DNA of 45,725 bases from Candidatus Shapirobacteria bacterium (GTDB lineage Bacteria; Patescibacteriota; Microgenomatia; UBA12405): the NCBI GenBank assembly GCA_023245435.1, contig JAHFKH010000002.1, positions 1 to 45,725 on the forward strand. The letters run 5' to 3'. Positions 9,298 to 19,372 of the stretch are shown here, in pieces. The position numbers and the translations under genes are program-made. The notes beneath the pieces are model-generated. The model was given only the letters and a program-made list of their open reading frames with translations, was not told the origin of the DNA and did not search any database. How positions within the stretch are numbered: position 1 is the first letter of the stretch; every line of letters begins with the position of its first letter.

Positions 9298-11430
9298 TTA
9301 TTTTTTAATTTTTTTAAACAGATTTTTAATAAAAATGGTTATTTTAGCAATTAAGTTTTTTTCTTTAATCCGTAAAGAATCACAAATAACCAGTAAAAAT
9401 GGTAAAAGACAAATTACTAAAAACATACTAATCAAAGCCCCTCGACCAATTAATCTCCCCATATCGCCAATTGCCGCGATCGAAACTACCAAATAAAGAC
9501 CGTAACCAACCATAGTTAATACCGTCCCCGAGGTCATAATTGATACCAAACTACTCTTGATGGCACTAATCGCTGACAGTATTGGTGCTTTGCCATCTTT
9601 TCTTTCCAGTAAATAATAGTTAGTCAATAGAATGGCATAATCCACTGTCGCCCCCAATTGAATGCTACTGACCATTAAGTACCCTAAAAAAACCATAGTG
9701 TTGCCATAAAGAAAAGGCAAAGCCATATTAATATAAATAGCGGCTTTGATCGGAATTAATACCACTAAGGTTAATATTAAGGATTGAAAAGAAAATAAAA
9801 TTACTAAAGCTACCCCTAAAAGGGAAATTTTGTCTACTGTACCATAATCAGAAAGAATCACCTCTTTCATATCTTTGGTGGCTGGGGTTGTTCCTAATAA
9901 ATAAGTATCTTGGAAGTAGTATTTCTTGATAATATTTTTAATTTCTTCAATCCGGTCAAAAGCAAAATTACTTTCTGGTTCAAAACTTAAATCGACAATT
10001 AAACGGGAATATTTAGCACTGTGCAGTTGACTGGTCAAGCTTTCCGGTAAAATACTTTCAGGTATGCCCGTCGGTAAGGTTTTGGCCAAAGAAGTAACTG
10101 ATTTAACAAAATCTAATTTATCTAGTTCATCTGATAACTGCTTTTCTTTGACTTGGTTTTCGTTGGGAATCATTATTAGTAAAGAATTACTTTCCCCAAA
10201 GACGGCCTTAATTGCTTGTTGATCTTCGTAGACCACAGTTCCCTTACCTCCACCAATAGCGGTAGTGCCAAATTTAAAATTATTCATTCCTTGGGAAAAA
10301 TAGGCTGGAATTACCAAGATAAATACCATTATTGCAATTACTTTTCTCGCCCCAAAAATTTTGTTTATTAATTTATCAAGGTTGGGTACAAACGGTTTAT
10401 GCTTGGTTTTTTCGATTAATTTATCCCAACGGATAATCAGAGCTGGCATCAATAAAATAACCGACAGTAAACTCCAAAACATTCCTTTGGCTAATACCAA
10501 CCCCATGTCTTTACCAATAGAAAATTTCATTAGAGCTAAAGCCAAAAAACCGATGGTGGCCGTGGCGGCAGCAGACAGAATTGACGGCAGGATTTTATTA
10601 AGAACATTAGACAGGGTTTTTTCCATACCTAAGCCTTTGGTTTTTTCATTAGAAAAAGCATGCAGAAGAAAAACAGAATAATCCATGGCTACCGCCAATT
10701 GTAAAATGGAAGCCACACTTACCGATAAAAAAGAGATTTCCCCAAAAATAAGATTACTGCCCATGTTTAAAATAATGGCTATCCCCATAGTCAACATAAA
10801 CATCACTGGCTCAAACCAAGAGTTAGTAGTCAAAATAAGCACCACAAAAATCAACACAATTGTTCCAGTCATGATTTTAGGGATCTCGGCATTTAAAGCA
10901 TCACCTAAATTTTTGTTGTCGACAGCCGGGCCGGTAAAATGGCCTTTATTACCAATTATTTTTTTGATGTTATTAATGGCCTGATAAGTCTTGGGGTCAG
11001 AATCTCCTTTATCGAAAGTTACATTCAGCAGGGCATGATCGTCTTTATAGTAATCATCCAAATTTTGCATTTCCAGATAATCACTGCCAACATTAATTTG
11101 TCCTGTACTACCAGCCCAAATAACTGAATCTACTCCGTCAATTCTTTCAATTTGGTCTACATAATTTTTGGTTTCGTAGATGGTAATATTATCGATCATG
11201 ACCCTGGCTGATCCCGGATAGCTAAACTCTTTTTCCATTATTTTTATTCCCTGTTTAGTGGGAGTCCATGCCGGTAGATATTTAGTCAAATCGTAGTTAG
11301 TCCCTACAAATAAGCTACAAATAGCGGCAATAACCGTCATCGACAAAAATACTTTTTCAATTAGTTTCTGCTTATGGACGATAAAGCCCGCCACTATTTC
11401 TCCAAATTTTTTCTTAGGGACTTTACTCAT
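9298..11430 (-). CDS. MMPL/RND-superfamily transporter (likely start 11430, MSKVPKK)
   Basis: Two repeats with 'LQLAVAMDYSVFL' and 'IQLGATVDYAIL', about 12 TM helices. Confidence 0.9.
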   Translation of the reverse strand: MSKVPKKKFGEIVAGFIVHKQKLIEKVFLSMTVIAAICSLFVGTNYDLTKYLPAWTPTKQGIKIMEKEFSYPGSARVMIDNITIYETKNYVDQIERIDGVDSVIWAGSTGQINVGSDYLEMQNLDDYYKDDHALLNVTFDKGDSDPKTYQAINNIKKIIGNKGHFTGPAVDNKNLGDALNAEIPKIMTGTIVLIFVVLILTTNSWFEPVMFMLTMGIAIILNMGSNLIFGEISFLSVSVASILQLAVAMDYSVFLLHAFSNEKTKGLGMEKTLSNVLNKILPSILSAAATATIGFLALALMKFSIGKDMGLVLAKGMFWSLLSVILLMPALIIRWDKLIEKTKHKPFVPNLDKLINKIFGARKVIAIMVFILVIPAYFSQGMNNFKFGTTAIGGGKGTVVYEDQQAIKAVFGESNSLLIMIPNENQVKEKQLSDELDKLDFVKSVTSLAKTLPTGIPESILPESLTSQLHSAKYSRLIVDLSFEPESNFAFDRIEEIKNIIKKYYFQDTYLLGTTPATKDMKEVILSDYGTVDKISLLGVALVILFSFQSLILTLVVLIPIKAAIYINMALPFLYGNTMVFLGYLMVSSIQLGATVDYAILLTNYYLLERKDGKAPILSAISAIKSSLVSIMTSGTVLTMVGYGLYLVVSIAAIGDMGRLIGRGALISMFLVICLLPFLLVICDSLRIKEKNLIAKITIFIKNLFKKIKK

Positions 11431-11459
11431 ATGTTGATTTTTATACCAATGGGGGTTAT

Positions 11460-11473
11460 GATACAGTTGTATC
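11460..11473. promoter_or_regulatory. Probable TetR operator
   Basis: Palindrome GATACA-GT-TGTATC between the divergent MMPL and TetR genes. Confidence 0.55.
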
Positions 11474-11533
11474 CGGTAATAGACAATGGCTAATTCAGCC
11501 AAAATTGTGTTTTATTACTCAATTAAACCAATA

Positions 11534-12121
11534 ATGACCAAAAACGCTAAAAAAGACCGAAGAATCGGCAGAACCAAAAAAATGATCAAAGCGGCGCTTC
11601 TCGACCTGCTACAAGGACAAAAAATTAATCAAATTTCGATTACCGAGCTTTGTGACCAGGCTGATATTAACCGAAAAACTTTCTATAACCACTATTCGGA
11701 TATCAGAGGTGTTATTGACGAAATTGAGGATGATTATATTAGTAAATATCTCTCTTACCTTGATAAGGAAAATATCCTCTATGATTTAGCTGATCCTTAT
11801 CCCTTTATTCGTCGTCTAACCGATGAAATTGAACAAAATGCCAATATTTACCTTATGGTCACTAAAACAGATGAGAGTCTTTATTTAAAAGAGAAAATCA
11901 AAAATCAGTTATCAAAACATTTAAATATAATTTCTCAACAAAAACCCCAAATTGACCGCGAGTTTTTTCTTTTTTATATTGATTTCATTACTGCTGGTAT
12001 TGCCGCTGTTTATGAACAATGGCTTGTCTCCAACAAACAAATGAATAAAGAAAAGCTCTCTAAATTAATTTGTGAAGTAGTTAGCAATGGCAGTAAAATT
12101 GTCATTCAAAGCTTAACTTAA
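11534..12121 (+). CDS. TetR/AcrR family regulator (likely start 11534)
   Basis: 'DRRIGRTKKMIKAAL..ISITELCDQADINRKTFYNHY'. Confidence 0.92.
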   Translation: MTKNAKKDRRIGRTKKMIKAALLDLLQGQKINQISITELCDQADINRKTFYNHYSDIRGVIDEIEDDYISKYLSYLDKENILYDLADPYPFIRRLTDEIEQNANIYLMVTKTDESLYLKEKIKNQLSKHLNIISQQKPQIDREFFLFYIDFITAGIAAVYEQWLVSNKQMNKEKLSKLICEVVSNGSKIVIQSLT

Positions 12122-12157
12122 AATAGTAATCTAACCAAAAGATTCTAAAATAATCAA

Positions 12158-12796
12158 ATGATTATCAACAAAAAACTGACCAATCAACTTAAAAAAATTC
12201 AGAAAAAATTAAAAGTTCCCCACCTCTCACTTGATGTTCTAGAGGATTTAAATACTGAAACTAAAAAGATTTTTGATGAATCAATAAAATATTTAATGGT
12301 GAAACGCGATCTTTTAAAAAAGGTCGATGTTCGGCGTGATTATTTAAAACTTTGGAAACATAAAGAGAAACAAATTACTTTGCCGATTAATTGGCGATAT
12401 CTCTTAAGTGCTCCTTTTATTTATAGCATGATTATTCCGGCTTTAATTTGGCATCTTGGTTTGGAAATTTATCATCAAATCTGTTTTAGACTCTACAGTA
12501 TTCCTCTGGTTAAAGCCAAAGAATATTTTATTTATGATCGGCAGCTGCTTTCTTTTTTGAATCCCTGGGAAAAAATCAATTGCTATTACTGTTCTTACGT
12601 TAATAATTTGATCCGTTACAGTTCTGAAATCGGTGCTCGGACAGAACGTTATTGGTGTCCGATTAAGTATGCCCGACGAATAGGCAAAACCCATTCTCAA
12701 TATGCTAAATTTGTCGATATTAAGGGCCAAAAACAGTTTCGGGAAGAATGGAACAAACTCCGCGACTTTTCTGATATTAGTCTTAAAAATAACTAA
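12158..12796 (+). CDS. Hypothetical membrane protein with Cys motifs
   Basis: One hydrophobic segment plus 'INCYYCSYVN' and 'TERYWCPIK'. Confidence 0.7.
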   Translation: MIINKKLTNQLKKIQKKLKVPHLSLDVLEDLNTETKKIFDESIKYLMVKRDLLKKVDVRRDYLKLWKHKEKQITLPINWRYLLSAPFIYSMIIPALIWHLGLEIYHQICFRLYSIPLVKAKEYFIYDRQLLSFLNPWEKINCYYCSYVNNLIRYSSEIGARTERYWCPIKYARRIGKTHSQYAKFVDIKGQKQFREEWNKLRDFSDISLKNN

Positions 12797-12798
12797 TC

Positions 12799-13929
12799 AT
12801 GGCAGATATGGAATTTAAACTTACCAAAAATAGAACCATTGGCAATTCAACTATCTGGTTACCGATGGCTACCATATTTTTGGTGGTATTTATGGCAGTA
12901 ATTACTATTTGGTTTCTCAAAGGAGGCTCTTTTCGACTTTATGCCAGTTTATTCTTCGGACTATATTCCATTGTTGGCCAAGTTTGGATAGCTGTATTAT
13001 TGCTAGGGCTTACTCAAACTATAGTTTTTATGCCCCTTCATCTCTTATCCGAACGCTTTTCCAACAGAATCGAAGATTTTGAAGATGAGCTTGAAAAAAC
13101 TAAAGAAGACCAACAATATATTTTATTCAAAGAAAAAGTCAAAAAAGGTGATTGGTCAATAATATTTTATATTCTCAATTTTGTTATTAATGCCATTGCT
13201 TTTTTATCAGCTGGAAGAATATTTTTAATCGATTTTTACAACCAGAAATTAAATCCGCATTACTTATACCACTTTATTCCATACCCTAACTATCCTTTGA
13301 AAGGCACACTTTTTAAATTGCCAATGTTCAAGGTAACCGGAACGATGGCCTGGGAATGGAAAAATATTATGTTGTTTTGGCTGTCTTTTATAGTCGTTGC
13401 CTTAGTGTTGCGATTATTATGGCGTTTTGTTAAACCAATTTTGAGTGGAAATAAAAAAATATTATCTCTAAGAATTAACCGAAATAAATTTTTAGCCTGG
13501 ATTGGAGGAGGAACCGGAGTCTTGTTAGTAGCATCGACTTTCATTTTGAGACATATTCCCACCGGTTTAGCCCCTCTAATGTTGGCAGCCGATTTAACTA
13601 GGCAAAACACCACCATGAATACTGTTACTGCCATTGGCACCTTCATTATTACTTTTCATTTTGGTTATCAACATAATAAAAAAGAAAGAAAGGAAGCAGA
13701 ACTAGCCAAAGTTCCAGAAGAAATAATTGAAAAAGTTAGTCAGCAGCATTTAAAAAACACTTTAAGAAATGCCGTGATTTTGGCCCTAGGAGCCTTCTTC
13801 TTAACTAATCAGATTCCCTGTGCCTTTGAATTATCTGTGGCTACATTTGAATTATTGGCGATGATAACTCCCTATTTTGAAAAAAGTATTATCCGAAAAA
13901 CGGTAACTTTAAATAGCGGGACCGAATAA
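12799..13929 (+). CDS. Polytopic membrane protein, possibly divergent YidC/Oxa1-like
   Basis: 'LYSIVGQVWIAVLLLGLTQTIVFMPL' followed by a charged helical hairpin and further TM helices. Confidence 0.45.
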   Translation: MADMEFKLTKNRTIGNSTIWLPMATIFLVVFMAVITIWFLKGGSFRLYASLFFGLYSIVGQVWIAVLLLGLTQTIVFMPLHLLSERFSNRIEDFEDELEKTKEDQQYILFKEKVKKGDWSIIFYILNFVINAIAFLSAGRIFLIDFYNQKLNPHYLYHFIPYPNYPLKGTLFKLPMFKVTGTMAWEWKNIMLFWLSFIVVALVLRLLWRFVKPILSGNKKILSLRINRNKFLAWIGGGTGVLLVASTFILRHIPTGLAPLMLAADLTRQNTTMNTVTAIGTFIITFHFGYQHNKKERKEAELAKVPEEIIEKVSQQHLKNTLRNAVILALGAFFLTNQIPCAFELSVATFELLAMITPYFEKSIIRKTVTLNSGTE

Positions 13930-14005
13930 TATGGTATAAAATTGTATATCCTAGAAAAAGTGACCGTTAACATTGCTATTTGAAATTTAATAATTTTATA
14001 TCTAT

Positions 14006-14623
14006 ATGAAATACAACGAACTTGCTTCTCAAGCTTCACTTGCAAAAGCTGTTACTGAACTTCAAAATAAAGGCTATCAAATCTTTGTTGTTAAAAATAG
14101 ATCCGAAGCTCTGGACAAAATTAAAGAGATTATTCCTCAAGGTGCTTCGGTTATGAATGGGGCCTCAGTGACCTTGGAACAAATTGGCTTTGTCGATTAT
14201 TTAAAATCTAATGAACATGGTTGGAACAATTTACATGCCGCCATTGTTGCTGAAACTGATCCTCAAAAACAGACCAAACTTCGTCAGCAGGCCATTCACG
14301 CCGACTACTATTTAGGCAGTGTTCACGCTTTAATTGAAAATGGTGAATTTCTTATTGCCAGCAATACCGGCAGCCAACTACCCCACATTGTCTTTACCTC
14401 TCCTAATTTAGTTTTTGTGGTCAGCACCAAAAAAATTGTCCCCGACTTTAATGAAGCCATGACCCGTATTACCGACTATGTTGTCCCTTTAGAAGACGTC
14501 CATATGCAGGAAAAATATCACGTCAACACCCAATTAAATAAAATTGTTATTTTTAAAAACGAAAATCAGATGATGGGTCGAAAAGTTACTTTTTTGCTGG
14601 TAGAAGAAGATGTCGGCTTCTAA
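14006..14623 (+). CDS. LUD domain (LutC/YkgG-like) protein
   Basis: 'GASVTLEQIG', 'ADYYLGSVHAL..GE...ASNTGSQ', 'VFVVSTKKIV'. Confidence 0.85.
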   Translation: MKYNELASQASLAKAVTELQNKGYQIFVVKNRSEALDKIKEIIPQGASVMNGASVTLEQIGFVDYLKSNEHGWNNLHAAIVAETDPQKQTKLRQQAIHADYYLGSVHALIENGEFLIASNTGSQLPHIVFTSPNLVFVVSTKKIVPDFNEAMTRITDYVVPLEDVHMQEKYHVNTQLNKIVIFKNENQMMGRKVTFLLVEEDVGF

Positions 14624-15308
14624 TAAAAAAGTCGTCATTGCTAAAAACGGCCCCTATTTAGTCTCGGGGAATTTACCTCTATCTAAAGAAATCTCCACGC
14701 TTGGAGAAGAGGGTCAGCCCGAAACCTGGGTTAAAGGCAAAGAATATCCTAAACAGAAAAATTATGCTTTATGCCGCTGCGGCCACTCTCAAAACAAGCC
14801 CTATTGCGATGGTACTCATACCAAAATAAATTTTGATGGTCGGGAAACCGCGGATAGAAAACCATATCTAAATCAAGCCGATAAATTAACCGGCCCCGAT
14901 CTCGATTTAACCGATGCTCCGGTTTTTTGTTCTGGAGCTAGATTCTGTCATCTTTCTGGTGGTACGTGGAATAATGTTGATAATTCCGATGATCCTCAAG
15001 CTAAAAAGAATGCCATCCAAAGTGCCGATAATTGTCCTTCCGGTAGATTGGTAACTTGGGAAAAAAGTGGCAAAGTTATCGCCCCAAAATTTGATCCTGA
15101 AATTACTTTGACTGAAGATCCACAGGCCGAAGTCAGCGGTCCAATTCGGCTAAAAGGCGGTATTCCCTTGGAGTCTGAAGATGGCCAAAAATATGAAATC
15201 AGGAATCAGGCCACTCTCTGTCGCTGTGGCCATTCTCAAAATAAACCTTTTTGTGATGGTTCCCATATTGACGCTAATTTTAATGATGGTGACGACAGTT
15301 TAAGATAA
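14610..15308 (+). CDS. CDGSH iron-sulfur protein (two CDGSH domains flanking a ferredoxin-like domain)
   Basis: 'LCRCGHSQNKPYCDGTH' and 'LCRCGHSQNKPFCDGSH'; central 'CSGARFC...CPSGRL'. Confidence 0.93.
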   Translation: MSASNKKVVIAKNGPYLVSGNLPLSKEISTLGEEGQPETWVKGKEYPKQKNYALCRCGHSQNKPYCDGTHTKINFDGRETADRKPYLNQADKLTGPDLDLTDAPVFCSGARFCHLSGGTWNNVDNSDDPQAKKNAIQSADNCPSGRLVTWEKSGKVIAPKFDPEITLTEDPQAEVSGPIRLKGGIPLESEDGQKYEIRNQATLCRCGHSQNKPFCDGSHIDANFNDGDDSLR

Positions 15309-15312
15309 TTAT

Positions 15313-15636
15313 ATGGAAGACAAAGATTTAACTCCGCTATCTGAAACAGAAATTCTTTCCCGTTTAACTCTCTTGCCGGCTTGGCAATACGAATCTGACA
15401 AAATTGCTAAAACTTTTGAGTTTGCTTCTTTTACCGATGCTATTCAATTTATTAATGGCCTGGTTGGTTTTTGTAATTTTTTAGATCATCATCCTGACAT
15501 CAATATTAGCTATAAAAAGATCACTTTTGAACTAACCCGTTTCAGTGTTGGCGGTAAAGTTACTGCTCGGGATTTTACCGTCGCTGAGAAAATTGAAGAT
15601 GATTTCCAAAATTACTCTCACCGAAAAGTTAACTAA
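15313..15636 (+). CDS. phhB: Pterin-4-alpha-carbinolamine dehydratase
   Basis: 'FEFASFTDAIQF', 'DHHPDI', 'VTARDFTVA'. Confidence 0.88.
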   Translation: MEDKDLTPLSETEILSRLTLLPAWQYESDKIAKTFEFASFTDAIQFINGLVGFCNFLDHHPDINISYKKITFELTRFSVGGKVTARDFTVAEKIEDDFQNYSHRKVN

Positions 15637-16427
15637 AAGTTTCTCCACCAACCCTGGGCAACTTTTATATAATTTAGGACATATTTTTCCAAAAATCGTC
15701 TGACATTTTTATTTGCTATCTCTTTAATTTTATTTTTTAGCTCTTTAAGATTAGTAACCTTAGTAATTTGGCCAATAATTCGATAATCTCTTGGCAACAA
15801 ACCTTCCCTTCGACCTATTTCCTGAGCAATTTCTACACCCTCGACTACATATTCTTTAAAAGCATTTACCGAATTACGTTTTTCATATTTGAGAAGATCT
15901 TTTAACTGTTTAAGCGGTATCTTTTTGGTTTCTTTTTCAGTAAAAAGATTGTTTAAGAAAATTTCCACTCCAAATTTAGTTTTGGCCATTTTTCCAAGAT
16001 AAGGAACTAAATCTTTTTTGTAGTACACCCTTTCGCCGGTTAAATCTGAAAGAACATTCTGCATCCACCCGTTTGATGGGTACCCCAAAACAACTTTAAC
16101 CTTACCTTCTAACACAGGCTCTAGAAGGGTCTTTAGATGATTATCGGAGAGATTGGTTAGATCGGCATCAATAAAAGTGACTACCTCACCCTTAGCCTTT
16201 TTTATGCCCTCAACCAAAGCGTAACTTTTGCCTCTGTTTTTCTCAAAATTAATCAATTGAATACTATTTTCAAACTTTTTCAAAATTTCCAAACTATTAT
16301 CAGTCGATCCGTCATTTATGCAAATAACTTCATCAATTAAAGGATTTTTTAATAAAACTTCGATGACGCCAGCCACGGTCTTTTCCTCATTGAAAACCGG
16401 GACTATAGCTGAAACAAATTTTTTCAT
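15633..16427 (-). CDS. Glycosyltransferase family 2
   Basis: 'IVPVFNEE', 'INDGSTD', 'NRGKS', 'FIDADL'. Confidence 0.92.
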   Translation of the reverse strand: MKKFVSAIVPVFNEEKTVAGVIEVLLKNPLIDEVICINDGSTDNSLEILKKFENSIQLINFEKNRGKSYALVEGIKKAKGEVVTFIDADLTNLSDNHLKTLLEPVLEGKVKVVLGYPSNGWMQNVLSDLTGERVYYKKDLVPYLGKMAKTKFGVEIFLNNLFTEKETKKIPLKQLKDLLKYEKRNSVNAFKEYVVEGVEIAQEIGRREGLLPRDYRIIGQITKVTNLKELKNKIKEIANKNVRRFLEKYVLNYIKVAQGWWRNF

Positions 16428-17056
16428 TTTATATCTTTAAAAAAGACAGTAATAATATCTTCCCCAAAATCTTTGGTTTCCCTTTTAATTGATGGGGGAA
16501 TGACCTCAAAACCACATTCAATTTGATCAAGAAGTTGGTGGCGTGTAGAAAAATATTCAACTTTAAAATCACTAGTACCATCTTTTTCACTCCATTCTGC
16601 CAGACATCTTTTTAAGGAATAAATTAAACCACTCCCAGTTTCCTCTTTTTTCCCGGGTTCACAAATAACAAACACTCTTTTGGTTGCAGAAAAACAGTTT
16701 TTAATAAATCTCTTTCTTTCATCTGGTTTTAGATGGTGAAGGACGTCGCAGACAACAACCACATCTGCTGGATAATAACAATTTGGTTCAAGAACATTAC
16801 CCAGACGAACATTTAAACCCCTTTCCAGAGCATAACTAAGAAATTCCTCATTAGTGTCAAAACCACTATATAGAAATCCTTTAGGTAGAAAATTTGCCAA
16901 TATTGCCGGTCCACAGGCTGGTTCCAAAACTAAGTCGCCCTTCTTGGCAAAACTTGTCATATATTGATAACGTTTAGCAAAATTAGTTCCATGGATCCAG
17001 TTAAGACCCCAAATATATAGCTGGGGATATTTATAAAAAATGCTTTTTTTACTCAT
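16424..17056 (-). CDS. Class I SAM-dependent methyltransferase
   Basis: 'VLEPACGPA', 'YSGFD', 'DVVVVCDVLHHL'. Confidence 0.88.
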   Translation of the reverse strand: MSKKSIFYKYPQLYIWGLNWIHGTNFAKRYQYMTSFAKKGDLVLEPACGPAILANFLPKGFLYSGFDTNEEFLSYALERGLNVRLGNVLEPNCYYPADVVVVCDVLHHLKPDERKRFIKNCFSATKRVFVICEPGKKEETGSGLIYSLKRCLAEWSEKDGTSDFKVEYFSTRHQLLDQIECGFEVIPPSIKRETKDFGEDIITVFFKDIK

Positions 17057-17764
17057 TTATTTTCCTAATCTCCTTTGACGATTTTGAAATTCTAAAATGG
17101 CAATATCCAATTGGGTTTTGTCAAAGTCCGGCCAATAAACTTTAGGAAAATACAATTCTGAGTAAGTTGCTTGCCAAGGAAGAAAGTTTGATAGACGTTG
17201 TTCGCCCGATGTTCTGACAATAAAATCAGGATCAGGTAGACCAGCTGTATCTAGATTTCGACTTATTAATTCCTCTGTAATTTCTTCAAGTTTAATTCCT
17301 AAAGCTGTTAATTTCCGAAAACTTCTAATAATCTCATCTCTGCCTCCATAGCTTAAAGCCACATTAACAATTGTTTTTTGATTATCTTTTGTCAAATTTT
17401 TGGCTTTCTCTAAAACTTTTTGCAAAGAAGTTGGCAATCTTTCAAAGTTACCTAAAATTCTTATTTTCATCCCTCGTTTGTTAGCCTCTTTCATTTTATG
17501 AATAGCAAAATTCTCAAAAAGTTCCATTAAATATGAAACTTCCCTTTCAGATCTTTTCCAATTCTCAGTAGAAAAAGCATATATGGTAACAATTTTTATA
17601 CCTAAATCCTGAGCATATTTTATGATTTCTTCAATTCGCTCTACCCCTTTCTTATGACCCATAAAAGTGGCTAAGCCTTTTTCTTTTGCCCAACGCCGAT
17701 TCCCATCAACAATGAAACCAATGTGATACGGTAATCCTTTTCGACTAGGAGATATTTTATCCAT
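17057..17764 (-). CDS. uppS: cis-Prenyltransferase (undecaprenyl diphosphate synthase family)
   Basis: 'HIGFIVDGNRRWA', 'YAFSTENWKRS', 'YGGRDEI', 'RTSGEQRLSNFL'. Confidence 0.95.
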   Translation of the reverse strand: MDKISPSRKGLPYHIGFIVDGNRRWAKEKGLATFMGHKKGVERIEEIIKYAQDLGIKIVTIYAFSTENWKRSEREVSYLMELFENFAIHKMKEANKRGMKIRILGNFERLPTSLQKVLEKAKNLTKDNQKTIVNVALSYGGRDEIIRSFRKLTALGIKLEEITEELISRNLDTAGLPDPDFIVRTSGEQRLSNFLPWQATYSELYFPKVYWPDFDKTQLDIAILEFQNRQRRLGK

Positions 17765-17793
17765 CTATTTAATTTCTAAATTGTTCGGTCATA

Positions 17794-18042
17794 TTAATAC
17801 AGACCACGACCGAGGAAAATAGTAATAATTGTACCGATAATAGCGACAATAAAACTATTGGTATTGAACTCCGTAATATTCAACCCCAAAGCAAAACTTG
17901 TGACACCACCACCCACCACGGCACCAACTATGCCCAAAACCACATTTGTTAAAGTATCAGAACGAGTCTTAGCGGTATCCATAACAACCGATGCAATTAA
18001 ACCCATTGCCAATCCTAAAGTTATCCAAATAATAATATTCAC
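17794..18042 (-). CDS. GlsB/YeaQ/YmgE family small membrane protein
   Basis: 'IIWITLGLAMGLIAS', 'NVVLGIVGAVVGG'. Confidence 0.88.
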   Translation of the reverse strand: MNIIIWITLGLAMGLIASVVMDTAKTRSDTLTNVVLGIVGAVVGGGVTSFALGLNITEFNTNSFIVAIIGTIITIFLGRGLY

Positions 18043-18045
18043 TGT

Positions 18046-18750
18046 TTATTTTTTGCTCGGATATCCAAACTTATAATTGAAAATATTTGAATATATCGGT
18101 CCTAATAAAACTAAATGTGCCTCAGCTGCCAGATATTTTGCAGAAATATTTAAACGGCCATCTTTATCTAATCTTCGAACCGATACTGGTATCCGGACAT
18201 TTTGAAGAAAGCCAAAGTTAGCGATTTTACTGGCTCTTAGAACATAATCGTGATCCTCTGCCAATTTTATTTTCTCGTTAAAACCGCCTATTGCTTGATG
18301 GATTTCTTTTTTAACAAAAATACAAAACCCCGGTGCATGAGGAAAAAACCTTTGAGTGGCTCCCATATACCAATTCACCGTACTATGCAGTAATTTATCA
18401 ATTTTTCTATCACTTAGAGGTTTTACTAAACAGGATGCCACCTCAAAATCTTGTGTTTTTATTTCTTTTATGGCTTTTTCCAAAAAGTCAGGTGGCAAAA
18501 TTACATCAGCATCTAAAAAAAGCAACCATTCACCTTGGGCAAACTTAGCTCCATTATTTCGGCCATTGGCTGGCATTCCCCCCGCAACCACTTTCGCTCC
18601 TGATTTTAAAGCGATCAAACGGGTGGCATCAATTGAATTATTATCAGCCACTATCACTTCAAAATCTTTAAAAGTTTGTTGTTTAAGCGACCCTAAAAGA
18701 TAAGGTAGATATTTTTCTTCATTGAAAGTCGGAATTATGACACTGAGCAT
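18046..18750 (-). CDS. Glycosyltransferase family 2
   Basis: 'SVIIPTFNEE', 'LLFLDAD', 'GGFNE..AED', 'SVRRL'. Confidence 0.92.
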   Translation of the reverse strand: MLSVIIPTFNEEKYLPYLLGSLKQQTFKDFEVIVADNNSIDATRLIALKSGAKVVAGGMPANGRNNGAKFAQGEWLLFLDADVILPPDFLEKAIKEIKTQDFEVASCLVKPLSDRKIDKLLHSTVNWYMGATQRFFPHAPGFCIFVKKEIHQAIGGFNEKIKLAEDHDYVLRASKIANFGFLQNVRIPVSVRRLDKDGRLNISAKYLAAEAHLVLLGPIYSNIFNYKFGYPSKK

Positions 18751-18763
18751 ATTTTTTTAAAAA

Positions 18764-19351
18764 TTAGAATAATAAAGCAATGATTTGATCCGATATTTTG
18801 GCCGAATCCATTCTTTTGTTAAGAAATGAATATTCCAAAAGTAATCCATCCATCATGCTGGTAAGTAATGAGGTTAATAATTTGCTATCAATTTTTTTGG
18901 TCAATTTTTTACTGATTGATACCTCCTCAATTACTGGCTGGATTAAACAAATAAGCTGTTCTCTTAACTGAGCAATATGTTTCGTTATTTGAGAATCAGA
19001 TGAAGACAACTTAAACACAAAAGCTTTAACTAAATTTTTTTCCTTAAAACCAAAATCTAAGTAATTTTTGATTAGTCGATGTAACTTTTTGTCCACTGTC
19101 GTTTCGTTTAGGGCCGCTGTGATAGCTGAACTTAAATCATCAAAAACACCTTCGAGTACCTGTTCGTAAATTTCTGCCTTACCAGTAAAATGATAATAAA
19201 GTGCCGCTTTTGTAATATTTAGTTTTTTTGCAATGTCACTCATAGACACGCCCAGATAGCTATATTCGGAGAAAAACCAACGAGCGGTATCAATAATATA
19301 TTTTTTGGTATTTTGAACTACTCCTTCAGATTGTATTGTGGTTGCTTGCAT
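18764..19351 (-). CDS. TetR/AcrR family regulator
   Basis: 'VSMSDIAKKLNITKAALYYHFTGK'. Confidence 0.93.
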   Translation of the reverse strand: MQATTIQSEGVVQNTKKYIIDTARWFFSEYSYLGVSMSDIAKKLNITKAALYYHFTGKAEIYEQVLEGVFDDLSSAITAALNETTVDKKLHRLIKNYLDFGFKEKNLVKAFVFKLSSSDSQITKHIAQLREQLICLIQPVIEEVSISKKLTKKIDSKLLTSLLTSMMDGLLLEYSFLNKRMDSAKISDQIIALLF

Positions 19352-19372
19352 AGTTTTGATTTATTCTATTTT

